Shown here: piece after piece, positions 27,001-38,131 of the stretch
How the letters are laid out: each line of letters opens with the position of its first letter
Position numbering within the stretch: position 1 is the stretch's first letter
Source: Bugula neritina
Lineage: Eukaryota; Animalia; Bryozoa
Direction: 5' to 3'
Assembly: GCA_964035545.1 (NCBI GenBank)
Contig: OZ037771.1
Span: 11,536,480 to 11,600,479, forward strand
Length of the DNA: 64,000 bases
The notes under the pieces: model-generated
The model's input: the letters and a program-made list of their open reading frames with translations, nothing else
Told to the model about the DNA's origin: nothing
Database searches by the model: none
Program-made: the position numbers and the translations under genes

Positions 27001-30000
27001 GGTAAAAACAAATTATTCTAGACAAATACTAGTTTATTAGTTTGGCCCCATCACTGCTCTGATGAACAAATGTTTCATTCACATGACAGGCATAAAACTT
27101 AGTATATACTTGTGTATAGTTTATATATTATATAGTGTATATACATGTGTATAGTTTATATATTATATAGTGTATATACATGTGTATAGTTTATATATTA
27201 TATAGTGTATATACATGTGTATAGTTTATATATTATATAGTGTATATATCATATGGTGCAGAGCACATAGTAAACTGTTAGAATGGCTGCATGAAAGATG
27301 TGGACTAATTACTATCATCAATGACATTTTTGGAGCTGAAATATTTACAAAGAATTTTTCCCAGTCAATTTCAAGATGTTCACCATAAATAAGTTGTAAA
27401 TTAAGTATCGTTTAGAAATGGTTTGCAGCTGGAGTATGTATACAAAAGTTCACCACCCCCCCCCCCCCCCCTATACACAGTAGAGTAACAGCACTGTACT
27501 AACAAGTCAAAGTTATTTTTAGTTGGAATGTGGGTTACACATGGCAGTTAGCCTTTTCCCAAAATGCTAATCTATAATATTACTACTTGGTGTTTCAGTG
27601 ATACTTTTATAGATGCGTACCCTGTGTATACCTAGTATACTGTGTACACTGTATAAGAATGGGTGATCAACGCTAGATTATTATTCACATTTTATCCAAA
27701 ATACCCTCTAAACTGTAAAGTAAGCCTACATAGCATGTGAACCTACATATAGCATGTGAACCTACATATAGCATGTGGACCTACATATAGCATGTGGACC
27801 TATATCAAGAATGATAACAAATAGGCAACCAATGTCTTTTATGCTCAAAAACTTCAAAGCTAACTTTTCTACCAGCAGCTGTGTGTAGTGTAAAAAATAA
27901 AGTCAATGAGCAAAGATTGCTGCAGGTATTATAGCTGTACTATACTTGTACAATCTCTAAAGATACATCTAGACCCTCTCTCCACCAACAGAGCAGCACT
28001 TTGGTATGTTATAAAGATATTGAATGCAAAGAGATGGATAATTAGCCATCCTGTCTTGTTATTAACAAACAGTAACTGGGTGAAGTAAGATGTGTTATGC
28101 TGTGCATTGCTAACATTGAGTAGTTATTTTGATAGGCTGGGAAATGTCAAGCTACAATCTCAGCCATATTAATGTTGCAGTAAGCACACATCTACTCACT
28201 AATGAGCAGTGAGATACTAAAACTGGTAGTTTAATGGCTGCTGCCTGCTGCTGACTCAGACAGCATCAAAGTCTCTCACCTTCACATCACCCTACATTAC
28301 CCACACAGAGCTGACTATAACATCAAATTACTGTCTCTCCCTTCATCTCTAATAGACATAAACCTATAGTATAGATCCAGACAAGAGTAATTAATACAAC
28401 TAGTTATTTCTCATCACTTAAACTCGAGTCCAAGAAATATATTTTATCGCAGAAAAGCTCTGCATTTGCCCCATTAATACCATTTCTATGTCAATACCAT
28501 TGTACAAAACATTATCAAGCAATTGGTTCAACGTCTGAGCTACCAAAGTACCTATACAACTGTTAACAACTCAGCCTAGCCCACGTTCTAACAGAAACAG
28601 CCGCTAGTTACAGAGTTATCCCACCAGAAGAAAGGTCACGGTGAGGCAGCACTACTAATATATACCTGAGCCTTGGAGCTGCCGATAGTCCTGATGTTGA
28701 TAGTCGGGGAGTTGTCGTTCACGTCGGCCACGGATATATTCACCACTGCCTTGCCACACTTGGGGAGAGGGGCGGAGTCACACGCCTCCACCATCAACAG
28801 CAGAGTCTTGTCGACCTCGTAGTCTAGCTGCTGCCGCAGGTAGAGTTCACCTGAGAGGTCAAGAGAAACAGCTTTATGGCAGGACAACCCCAAACAGATC
28901 AAACTCTCCTATGGTGTATATATTATGAGAAGCAGAGAACTGAGGCATAAAATTTGGGGTAGATGCAGTCATGGAGAAATTGAGAAAAGCCTGTGATCTG
29001 GATTAGAAATGTAACATAAGAAGTTATGTTTTTCCGAGCATTTCAACCTGCGCCCTCAAAAAAAAATTTAATACAAAATTAGAGAGCTTCGGCTATCTCA
29101 ATAGAGGGGTTTCAGACATCCCTCCAGAGGAATTTGTATTTTAAAGTTGTCTCCCCCTACAGGTATTGGGGGCAGTCTCCATGATATATAGAAGGCCCAT
29201 AAAATAAGTAGAGATGTATGGTTTGAGTGAAGACTACTACTAGTATAAGTTTCATTTTTTCTGAGATTAATATTTTGGCATAGGTACACATATGAGCAGT
29301 TTCAGAAATTTTTTAAAAAAATTTGTTAATGATAAATGGCACAAAAAGAAAACTTCAAAGCATATTTGTGGTTTTGGTTATTGAGCAAATCTGAAGCTGG
29401 CAGCTGTCATTATTATTTGCTTTGCTGACTGTAACCAGTCTGGTTAGAGCTGCTAACCTTTCAACTCTTAGAACAATAATAACATGCTCGTACACTATAT
29501 AGCTGCACTAGTGGGCTCTGTCTTACTGAACTCCAAATGCTCCAAATTATGGGTTGGAACACATGCCTGTACGTTTATGAAGGCACTGGCTCATTTGTAT
29601 TAACATGTTCACGTACTTACACACCTATACTATGAAAATAACTAAGCCACCCTACTATCTAATATTTCTATATATCAAAAAAATTATTATAAATATAAAG
29701 ATATGTATTAAAATAGATAGATTAAATTTGTAATTTCAAACAACATCTTATCTAAAAATGCCAAACACTGTATAACTATATATATTTTTTAAAAGCATTT
29801 GTTTACATGGCATGCCTGCAAGTCAATGAAAATATTTAGAGAACAGTAAAAAGAAGCATATAAATTTCAGAATAGTTTCTTCTTTTCTGAGATGAATATT
29901 TTGGAAATGTCCCACCATTCAACATTTAAATTAAGTCTGTAAAAAAAATTTCACAGTGTATTTTCAATAAATAACTATTCTTGCAAGCTGTTTGTATACC

Positions 30001-33000
30001 AACATTCCTAATAAAGAAATGTTTTTGGAGCATTGTAAATTGTATACTGCTGCATTGCAGAAAAAAAATCATCAAAAAAAAGCACTTTTCAGCCAAAGCA
30101 ACTTATTTTGTTTTCAAAAAAAGTTGAAATGTACATTTAGTACCAGCTGTAAAGTATAGAAAGAACGAACTATGTCATAATGACTGCATTCTTATGACAC
30201 TAATAAAATTAAGATTGGCTTTACTCCATACGGGTCTTGCTCAAAGGTGGAGTTCTAAATAATGCTACTAAGTTTCACTAAATTCCCAGATAATACTTTT
30301 TATATCAAATCATTTGGCTTTACTGATTTAGCTATATTATGTACATTTTGTACTTATTTATCTCTAGGTCAGATTTCAGCCATATATTTGACCGCATTGC
30401 TATACTTCCTTTGTGCCAGCATTCTCTCCTTTATATCTTTTCTGTGGTTTCTAATAATTTTCAGTGGTATGTCACTGTATGTAAACTATGTGAACCATCA
30501 GGCTATCTCTTATACAATGCATGCTGCTATAAGAATAACAGCAGCTGTTTTGTATTCAATCAACCTCGTTGCAAGAATTTTGTTTGCTTGAAGCTCTCTG
30601 TTGAGTAGCTGTCTCTCTATATTACATAACTGCTTATTCAAGAAAGTGCACGATGAGAACTGTCCAACTTTAGCTGTCTAACTTAAATTACATTATATAG
30701 GATTACATCACTACATAATAAGCTGATTAAACAACACATATAAATCGGCCAAAAACACTACACACTTGACTAGCTCTAGTTGGACTCATTTATATTTCGA
30801 GTTTTTTACATTACTTGAACATGCTTTAGCCAATTTGTTGCATTATTTTTCATCCATACATGTAATACAAAGATTTAGTATATTATTTTTTAGGTTTGGA
30901 TTGTCTAATAGGCAGGTATCGCAGATATTTAATCAGACTGCGAAGTTGCTTAGAGAAGCTCTAAATCCAATGATAGTATTTTATCGACACAAGGAGGTTA
31001 ATAAAACAATTCCACCTCAATGAACTTTGACCTAGTTAACTAGACCACTGTAAAATGGCATGCCAGAACAAACACAAACCAGCTTGCAAGAATAATTATT
31101 CATTGAAAATACACTGTGAAAAATTCTTTTACAGACTTAATTTAAATGTTGAATTGTGGGACATTTCCAAAATATTCATCTCAGAAAAGAAGAAACTATT
31201 CTGAAATTTATATGCTTCCTTTTACTGTTCTTTAAATATTTTCATTGACTTGCAGGCATGTCATGTAAACAAATGCTTTTAAAAAATATATATAGTTATA
31301 CAGTGTTTGGCATTTTTAGATAAGATGTTGTTTGAAATTACAAATTTAATCGCTATCTATTTTAATACATATCTTTATATTTATAATAATGTTTTTGATA
31401 TATAGAAATATTAGATAGTAGGGTGGCTTAGTTATTTTCATAGTATAGGTGTGTAAGTACGTGAACATGTTAATACAAATGAGCCAGTGCCTTCATAAAC
31501 GTACAGGCATGTGTTCCAACCCATAATTTGGAGCATTTGGAGTTCAGTAAGACAGAGCCCACTAGTGCAGCTATATAGTGTACGAGCATGTTATTATTGT
31601 TCTAAGAGTTGAAAGGTTAGCAGCTCTAACCAGACTGGTTACAGTCAGCAAAGCAAATAATAATGACAGCTGCCAGCTTCAGATTTGCTCAATAACCAAA
31701 ACCACAAATATGCTTTGAAGTTTTCTTTTTGTGCCATTTATCATTAACAAAATTTTTTAAAAAATTTCTGAAACTGCTCATATGTGTACCTATGCCAAAA
31801 TATTAATCTCAGAAAAAATGAAACTTATACTAGTAGTAGTCTTCACTCAAACCATACATCTCTACTTATTTTATGGGCCTTCTATATATCATTGAGACTG
31901 CCCCCAATCCCTGTAGGGGGAGGCAACTTTAAAATACAAATTCCTCTGGAGGGATGTCTGAAACCCCTCTATTTCTTCACTACTGCTTTTAAATGTAAAA
32001 TTTAATTTATTGAGATCCAAGCAGGTTTGAAGATGTAGTCACCATATTAAACAGTATAACACACACACAGAGTAGATGACACTCAGTCACATGTTAGTTC
32101 AGGTAAATCCCCCAACCTGTCAGCTCATTGAGTTCAAAAAGTCGCTTCATCTTGGGCGAGGCCCTCCGGCTGATGGCGTACTTTATGGCAGCGTTGTCTC
32201 CGCTGTCCTGATCGGTTGCCTGCAGTCTTGTCAGCATGATCTGCGATCTCGCTGACTCCGGTACCCGCACATTGTACAGAGGCTGACCGAAGATCGGAGT
32301 AAAGTCATTCACATCTTTAACAGTTATGTTCAGCCACATCATGCCTGACCTGCAGCACAAAATACAGAAAGAGGGGATGTCAAACTGTCCGACAGGAAGA
32401 GCTACGCATATTGTGGAGTTGTCCGATTTTTCTCATAGCCTGTGTGACATGGCAGCACTCTATTATAGGTAAAAATGGCACAAATGGCAAAGTAGCTAAA
32501 ATGGTACAGGTGTTAAATTTTCCCAAACCCCAAACAAAACCTCCCATTCCAAACCCCCAACCCTAATATTGAAAATATTGAGATTGCAGGCTAATTTCAC
32601 AAAACTTGATAACTAGGAGTGTTTTTATGGCTTTAGCTTCTTTGAGAACATGATTTCTCCCACACTTGAATATGTACAGCTGTTACACTGCCTAACCAGA
32701 AAAAAACTAAAGCAATCAAATATAAAAGCCCCCCAGTGAGTTATTATATAACTCAGGTTACACACAAACAGGATGCTCAAGCAATACCACAACAACAAAA
32801 GGCAGTATATTGTGAAACCCAAACTATATGCCATTTAATTAGTGCCTGGAGTGTAATTTATTGAATTTCTATAATTTCAAAATATACAATATATTAATAA
32901 ATTTTCTTTCTCATCCCCCAGCTTGTTGCTACTTGTGTATTTCATAGTTGCTTATAATTAGAAGAAATGTACAACACTAGAGTTAATCTTATTACCCAAT

Positions 33001-36000
33001 AGGAATAAAGAATACATTGTACTTATATATCCTGAAGAGTGTAGAGGAAATACTGAGTGAGAAATACTTCCAGCATATTATTACTCCAGAAAACCAACTG
33101 ATTTACAAGAGTACACATTTCAAGTATAGTTGTTTAGTGAAAAATTTATTACAAAGAAATTTCTGTTAAAATCTACTGCAGTCAAGCGCTGATCATGTGA
33201 CCAAATTGTTTACCATGTGACCAAAGAGCTGATCATGTGACCAAATTGTTTACCATGTGACCAAAGCGCTGATCATGTGACTGGAATCAGAAGTGTAGTC
33301 AGTTATACTAATTGAGAACTTAACGAGAAGATTTCTGAGTATCTCACAAAGAAAGGCCAACCCAGTTTCTTTACCAAAGACACCCTGACAATGCAATTAC
33401 CAAGCAATGGATTGATGAATGCATTGTATTGCTTTCTAGACTTGCATATGAACTGGGAATCTGTCATCACACTGGTGACTGGAAAACTTCATGCGAAAAT
33501 GCTAATAAAAGTCAGCAATAAATGGGTATAGGGTCAGCATAGTAGCTAATATCTCATGTCCCGGAGCATTCACAGTTGACTGAGTGATGACTGCAGAGTT
33601 TAAACCATTAAACAACAAAGGATAAATCTTGTTCAATTTTTCTCTTTCAAAGGATAATTATTACTGCAAATTAAACAGCCATAAAGTGTGGCTGCCTATA
33701 GCTCTAACATGAAGGTGGCCGCTGATTCATCTTAGTTGATGACTTTAGCATACTACAGTCATCAGTGGCATCACCTTGACACACAGTTGAAGTCAGCCAC
33801 CATCAAGTGCTTGTTTCAGTTGCAGAGTTTCTTTTTACAAAAGGCCAGTTCCAAAAATTACAAATTTTTCAAAGCTACAAATTTTTCCAAGCTAACAATA
33901 TGTCTTATTTTTAAAATACTCATTTAGGAGTTGCGCTACTTTAACCTGAACTGTGACAGATTTTACTCTCAAACACAGATGTAGCCTAGGTAGTCAAGAA
34001 GGAAGATACTAACCGGGAGGGTTGGCCGTAGTCCCGAGCTACCAACTTCAACATGTAAGAGCCCCGAGTCTCTCTGTCTAACTTCTTCACCAGAACTAAG
34101 AGCAGTTCCGTGACTCCGTACTGCATCGCCACAGAATTTATCCTGAACGCTGCAAGTACATGACATGAGATCACTTGGTTACAGCATCACTATCTTACTT
34201 ACAGCATCACTACCTTACTTACAGCATCACTACCTTACTTACAGCATCGCCAACTTACTTACAGCAACACTACCTTACTTACAGCATCACTACCTTACTT
34301 ACAGCATTGCCAACTTACTTACAGCATCACTACCTTACTTACAGCATCACTACCTTACTAACAGCATCACTACAGTATGGACATGTTGTATAACATATCT
34401 TAACAAAGCTGCAGAAACCAAATGCAACCCACAATCTCTTATCGCACAAGAACACCAAACATATTTTATTTTGAAACAACTAGACAGCTAAACAGAGAAT
34501 TCTTTTACACCAGTTCAATACAATCTACAACCAGTCTCATAAAACATGTTCTAGAAATAATCTACTAGTAGTTGACATCATGCCATTGAGTTCTCACCTT
34601 CGGTGTGAGACAGCAGTTCATAGTCGGCAACGCCATATTTGATGGAGTCCCTATCAGTGGCTACGGGCAGGAAGTAGGTAGCGTTGACAGGTCTATCCTC
34701 AGGTATGGTTAAATCTAGACTCTGCTGTGGGAACATCGGGGAGTTGTCATTCACGTCTTCTATTTCGATCTGCACAACACACCACGTGTACTGTATAGCA
34801 CCCCTTATATTGTTTAGCACCACGTGTACTGTATAGCACCACGTGTACTGTATAGCACCACGTGTACTGTATAGCACCACGTGTACTGTACAGCACCACG
34901 TGTACTGTACAGCACCACGTGTACTGTATAGCACCACGTGTACTGTATAGCACTACGTGTACTGTATAGCACCACGTGTACTGTATAGCACTACGTGTAC
35001 TGTATAGCACCATGTGTACTGTATAGCACTACGTGTACTGTATAGCACCACGTGTACTGTATAGCACCACGTGTACTGTATAGCACCACGTGTACTGTAT
35101 AGCACCACGTGCACTGTATAGCAGCACATATACTGTATAGCACCATGTGTACTGTATAGCACTACGTGTACTGTATAGCACTACGTGTACTGTATAGCAC
35201 CACGTGTACTGTATAGCAGCACATATACTGTATAGCAGCACATATACTGTATAGCAGCATATAATCTCGTAGTTATGGTAGAGCATACTATAACCTAGAG
35301 TTGGCTAAACAGATGGGTATACAGCTACACGCTAGAACAGTAAAGTCTTTAGGCAGATTTTACCTTTGACTCAAAATATTGAGGTCAAACAGAATAATCT
35401 AACGAGAAGAAAACCCTTACCTTGACTTTGATGATCTGAAAGTTGTAGGAAGGACCTGCAAGCACGTCCAGGTCAATGAAGCAGTCCTCTGGTGTATCCA
35501 TACACATGAGCTCTCTGTCCAGCACCTGACTGGTCCGCAGCACACTCGTCTGACTCCCAAGGTCAAAGTAAGGTGTCGGGTCCAGCAGCTGAAATCTACA
35601 GAAGTAAACTCTACAGCTTGAAGTGGATATTTACTTTATCTAGAAAGTTTCTACGTGAAAAGCTACAGTAGGATGAGGGGGGAAGGGTTGAAAAAAAAAT
35701 TTCAACACTTTAAAATTATGTAAGTGGCATTTTGAAAGACTTTCTATAGACGAGTGTATTAGTGGCCCTTGTACTCTACACAGAGCCAAAAGGAGTGGGC
35801 GGCTGCAGAACCTCATGACAGCATTTGACAGTATCCACAGCTGGGCCACTGCACTCAGCCTGTGACACACTCAACTCAGGTGTTCAAATTATTCTAAATA
35901 TGTTGATAACATTGCACTGTTACTTTTTATGGAGCTACAAGGGTGCTGAATCAGGAACAATGCTGCATGCCACAGCTAGTTGCTTATAACCAAATCTTTC

Positions 36001-38131
36001 TGACAGCTCCAATGCATACTATGGCTGTAATAGGATACACACAGAACACTTGTGCTGCCAGTCAAAGGGGCAATAAATTAGCCGAATGACATTTTATTGT
36101 GGCAGCACTAGTTGCACCTCAAACAGAGTCTAGCTGGAGATGAATATCACTGAATCATTGATTTTGGCGGCACAACTCAACTTCTCACTGCACAATGATG
36201 GAATCAATCTTAATTTCGGGCTGCTAGTGACTTAATATAAAATGTGATGAAAGGTTTTGGCATGCCTTCGGCTACAATTAGTAAAGAAATATAACATTGT
36301 CTAACAGTGATAGAGCTAATACAGTTTAAGTGTACACTTTCCAACAGTTACAGTCTACTTGAGTGCGACTTTCTCATCTAACTCGTCTCATAACTGATGG
36401 GCCGAATTTCAATGGTAGTTAGTTGACTGGTCAAAAAATTCCAAATAACTTCGTTGATGAAATTGCTGATGGAATTCGCTTGTGGGAGGTTTAGATGAGC
36501 AAGATAAATATAATACAATTCGAAGTAAATTATCACTTAACTAATAAATATAATAAACACAATTATTACTGATGGAGTTGAAAGCAAATAGCAAGCTGTT
36601 TAGCTGCAGACACCCTGCTGACTTCTGACTCACACAGATGAGATAAAGAAAGCAAACTTATGAAGATAATTACAGGCCCTGTTTAGTCTACTACTATACA
36701 TTAGGGGAGTAACCATTCTATTGTGAGTAAACAGCAGTGCAAGTGGCTGCAGAGATCAATGAGTTTCTTCTTTGATGTCTTCAAGACACTTCAAAATGTA
36801 AAAGTAATAAACAAGAAATATTTGGTAAAGCTTTGTGGATAATAAACTTGCCAAATAAGTTTCAATTAAAGTTGCTATTTCAGTTTCAATTAAACCAAAA
36901 CAATCAGAGTTCCACTTAAATCAAGGCTTAGGATGGTGCAGGGAACATCTCCTAGCTTTACTGAGATACTAAATAAAATATTGGCTAAAATTGAGTCGAC
37001 TTTGGCCCTAAAATTGCAGAAATTTATTTACATTCTCATGGAGAAGCTAGTAGCTGATTACTGAAATAAACAAGGTGTGTTAGTGTAGTCAACCCGTGGG
37101 AACCTGAGATATTGAATTAAAGTCACAGATAAGCTCAGCTAAACAACAGAAAAATATTTCCTGTATAAAATAAAAGAAATATATAACAAGATTTAACTCT
37201 CCTGTGAGACTAGCTTTGTGTAGCACTTCCTGGGAAGTAAACCCCAAGTTAATGACAGAAATAATGCATAAGATAGGATGGTCAGTTATGCACTATTACT
37301 ATTAGGTGGGAAACAGTCCTGGGTTCAACTATGAATACTGTTAATGTAGAGTTTTCAAATACTATTAACATTTAAAACTATTTTTAGAAACTTACAGAAA
37401 ATGTTATAGAAAATCAACCAATTTTAACAATAAGAAATATGCACAGCTTGACATTTTTTTATGTTCAATAATACATTTCAAATTTAAGAGAGTAACTTTT
37501 AGCCGTAATATAATTCTTACTAGAACAGGGAAGTCCTGCTGTCTCTAATAATGTTATTATTGGCAATATTATTGGCAAATGCTGCCAGAGTGTAATTTCT
37601 ATGTCAACCTAAATTTACACATATTTTTATCATAGGTTAATGTGAGATTTGAAACAACTTAACTTGGGCTAAGAGCAATTCAACTGGTAGTAGACAATAA
37701 CTTTACCCCTTGACTATTACCTGCTACCACCTATATTTTATTTTTTATAGGTGTAATTTTATAATTATGTAATTTATTTACTTTAGACAGGAGGTACAAG
37801 TTAACAACAATAACGCACTGATGCATCAAAATGAACCATGATAACTATAAACAGATATTACCAACTATAACATATTACTATTAAAACCATAAGATGAAAA
37901 GATATAAGAGCATAGCTGAATAGAAATACTTTCTACTCACTCTAGAGAACTGGGAAGTGAGCCATTGAATTTCTCCGCTAGATTAGAGTCCAGTGATACT
38001 GTTCCTAGAATAGTTCCTACGGGCTGCTCTTCTCGTATGGAGTATTTTAATACTTGAGACGACTCGGTGGGGGCAGGGAGATGGCAGGTTAACAGCCATA
38101 CAGTGCAAAGTAGTTGAAACTGGGTAGTCAT
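18040..38131 (-). CDS. Protocadherin (7 cadherin repeats, TM, cytoplasmic tail), ~1121 aa, 20 coding exons
   Basis: Exons (5'->3'): 38131-37941, 35595-35421, 34769-34598, 34149-34014, 32349-32117, 28850-28666, 25607-25479, 25052-24933, 24537-24388, 24164-24038, 23716-23574, 23179-23024, 22015-21790, 21335-21169, 20938-20771, 20426-20229, 20179-20138 (least certain), 19417-19280, 19040-18756, 18264-18040. All phases are compatible. Signal peptide; EC1 DRELMC..C; six DxNDxxP linkers; LDRE/LDYE motifs; TM VVVIVLSSISGVLSVILIVAII; juxtamembrane YNCRTEA; C-terminus CAHIDDLFFSEIV*. Confidence 0.93.
19557..19856. mobile_element. hAT-superfamily non-autonomous element (300 bp)
   Basis: Termini CAGGGGTGCCCAAC...GTTGTACAGCCCTG; perfect 8-bp TSD AACTGGAC at 19549-19556 and 19857-19864. 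Confidence 0.88.
22303..22410. repeat. ~28-bp tandem repeat x4 carrying GTAAGT on the minus strand
   Basis: Unit TTACTTACTGTATAGAACACAGCTTTGG. Confidence 0.9.
24551..24730. repeat. TACAGTGT-based minisatellite/microsatellite next to a protocadherin acceptor
   Basis: (TG)n followed by repeated GTACAGTGTAGTAT-like units. Confidence 0.9.
27111..27248. repeat. 35-bp minisatellite x4
   Basis: Unit TGTGTATAGTTTATATATTATATAGTGTATATACA at 27111, 27146, 27181 and 27216. Confidence 0.95.
29103..31970. mobile_element. Foldback-like DNA transposon with ~0.9-kb terminal inverted repeats, probably ISL2EU-related and non-autonomous
   Basis: Arms ~29103-29995 and ~31073-31970 are near-identical reverse complements. 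Termini AGAGGGGTTTCAG...CTGAAACCCCTCT are flanked by AT on both sides. The spacer holds fragments resembling the HTH_Tnp_4 region: ELCHNDCILMTLIKLRLAL (within 30140-30226) and FRFGLSNRQVSQIF...LREALNPMI...VNKTIP (~30870-31020). Confidence 0.8.
33186..33281. repeat. Short tandem repeat of CATGTGACCAAA-containing units
   Basis: GCTGATCATGTGACCAAATTGTTTACCATGTGACCAAAG x~2.5. Confidence 0.85.
34179..34374. repeat. 21-bp minisatellite x~9
   Basis: Unit TTACAGCATCACTACCTTACT, ~27 bp from the acceptor at 34150. Confidence 0.95.
34780..35260. repeat. 19-bp minisatellite x~25, many units with CACGTG
   Basis: Unit CACCACGTGTACTGTATAG, next to the acceptor at 34770. Confidence 0.97.

Noticed and set aside
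29098-32005. Duplicated small ORF MYLCQNINLRKNETY... on both strands
   Set aside because: It is a by-product of the inverted arms and has no domain signal.
34165-35286. Repetitive ORFs (YLQHHYLTYS..., YTWCYTVHVVLYSTRGA...)
   Set aside because: They are translations of the 21-bp and 19-bp minisatellites.
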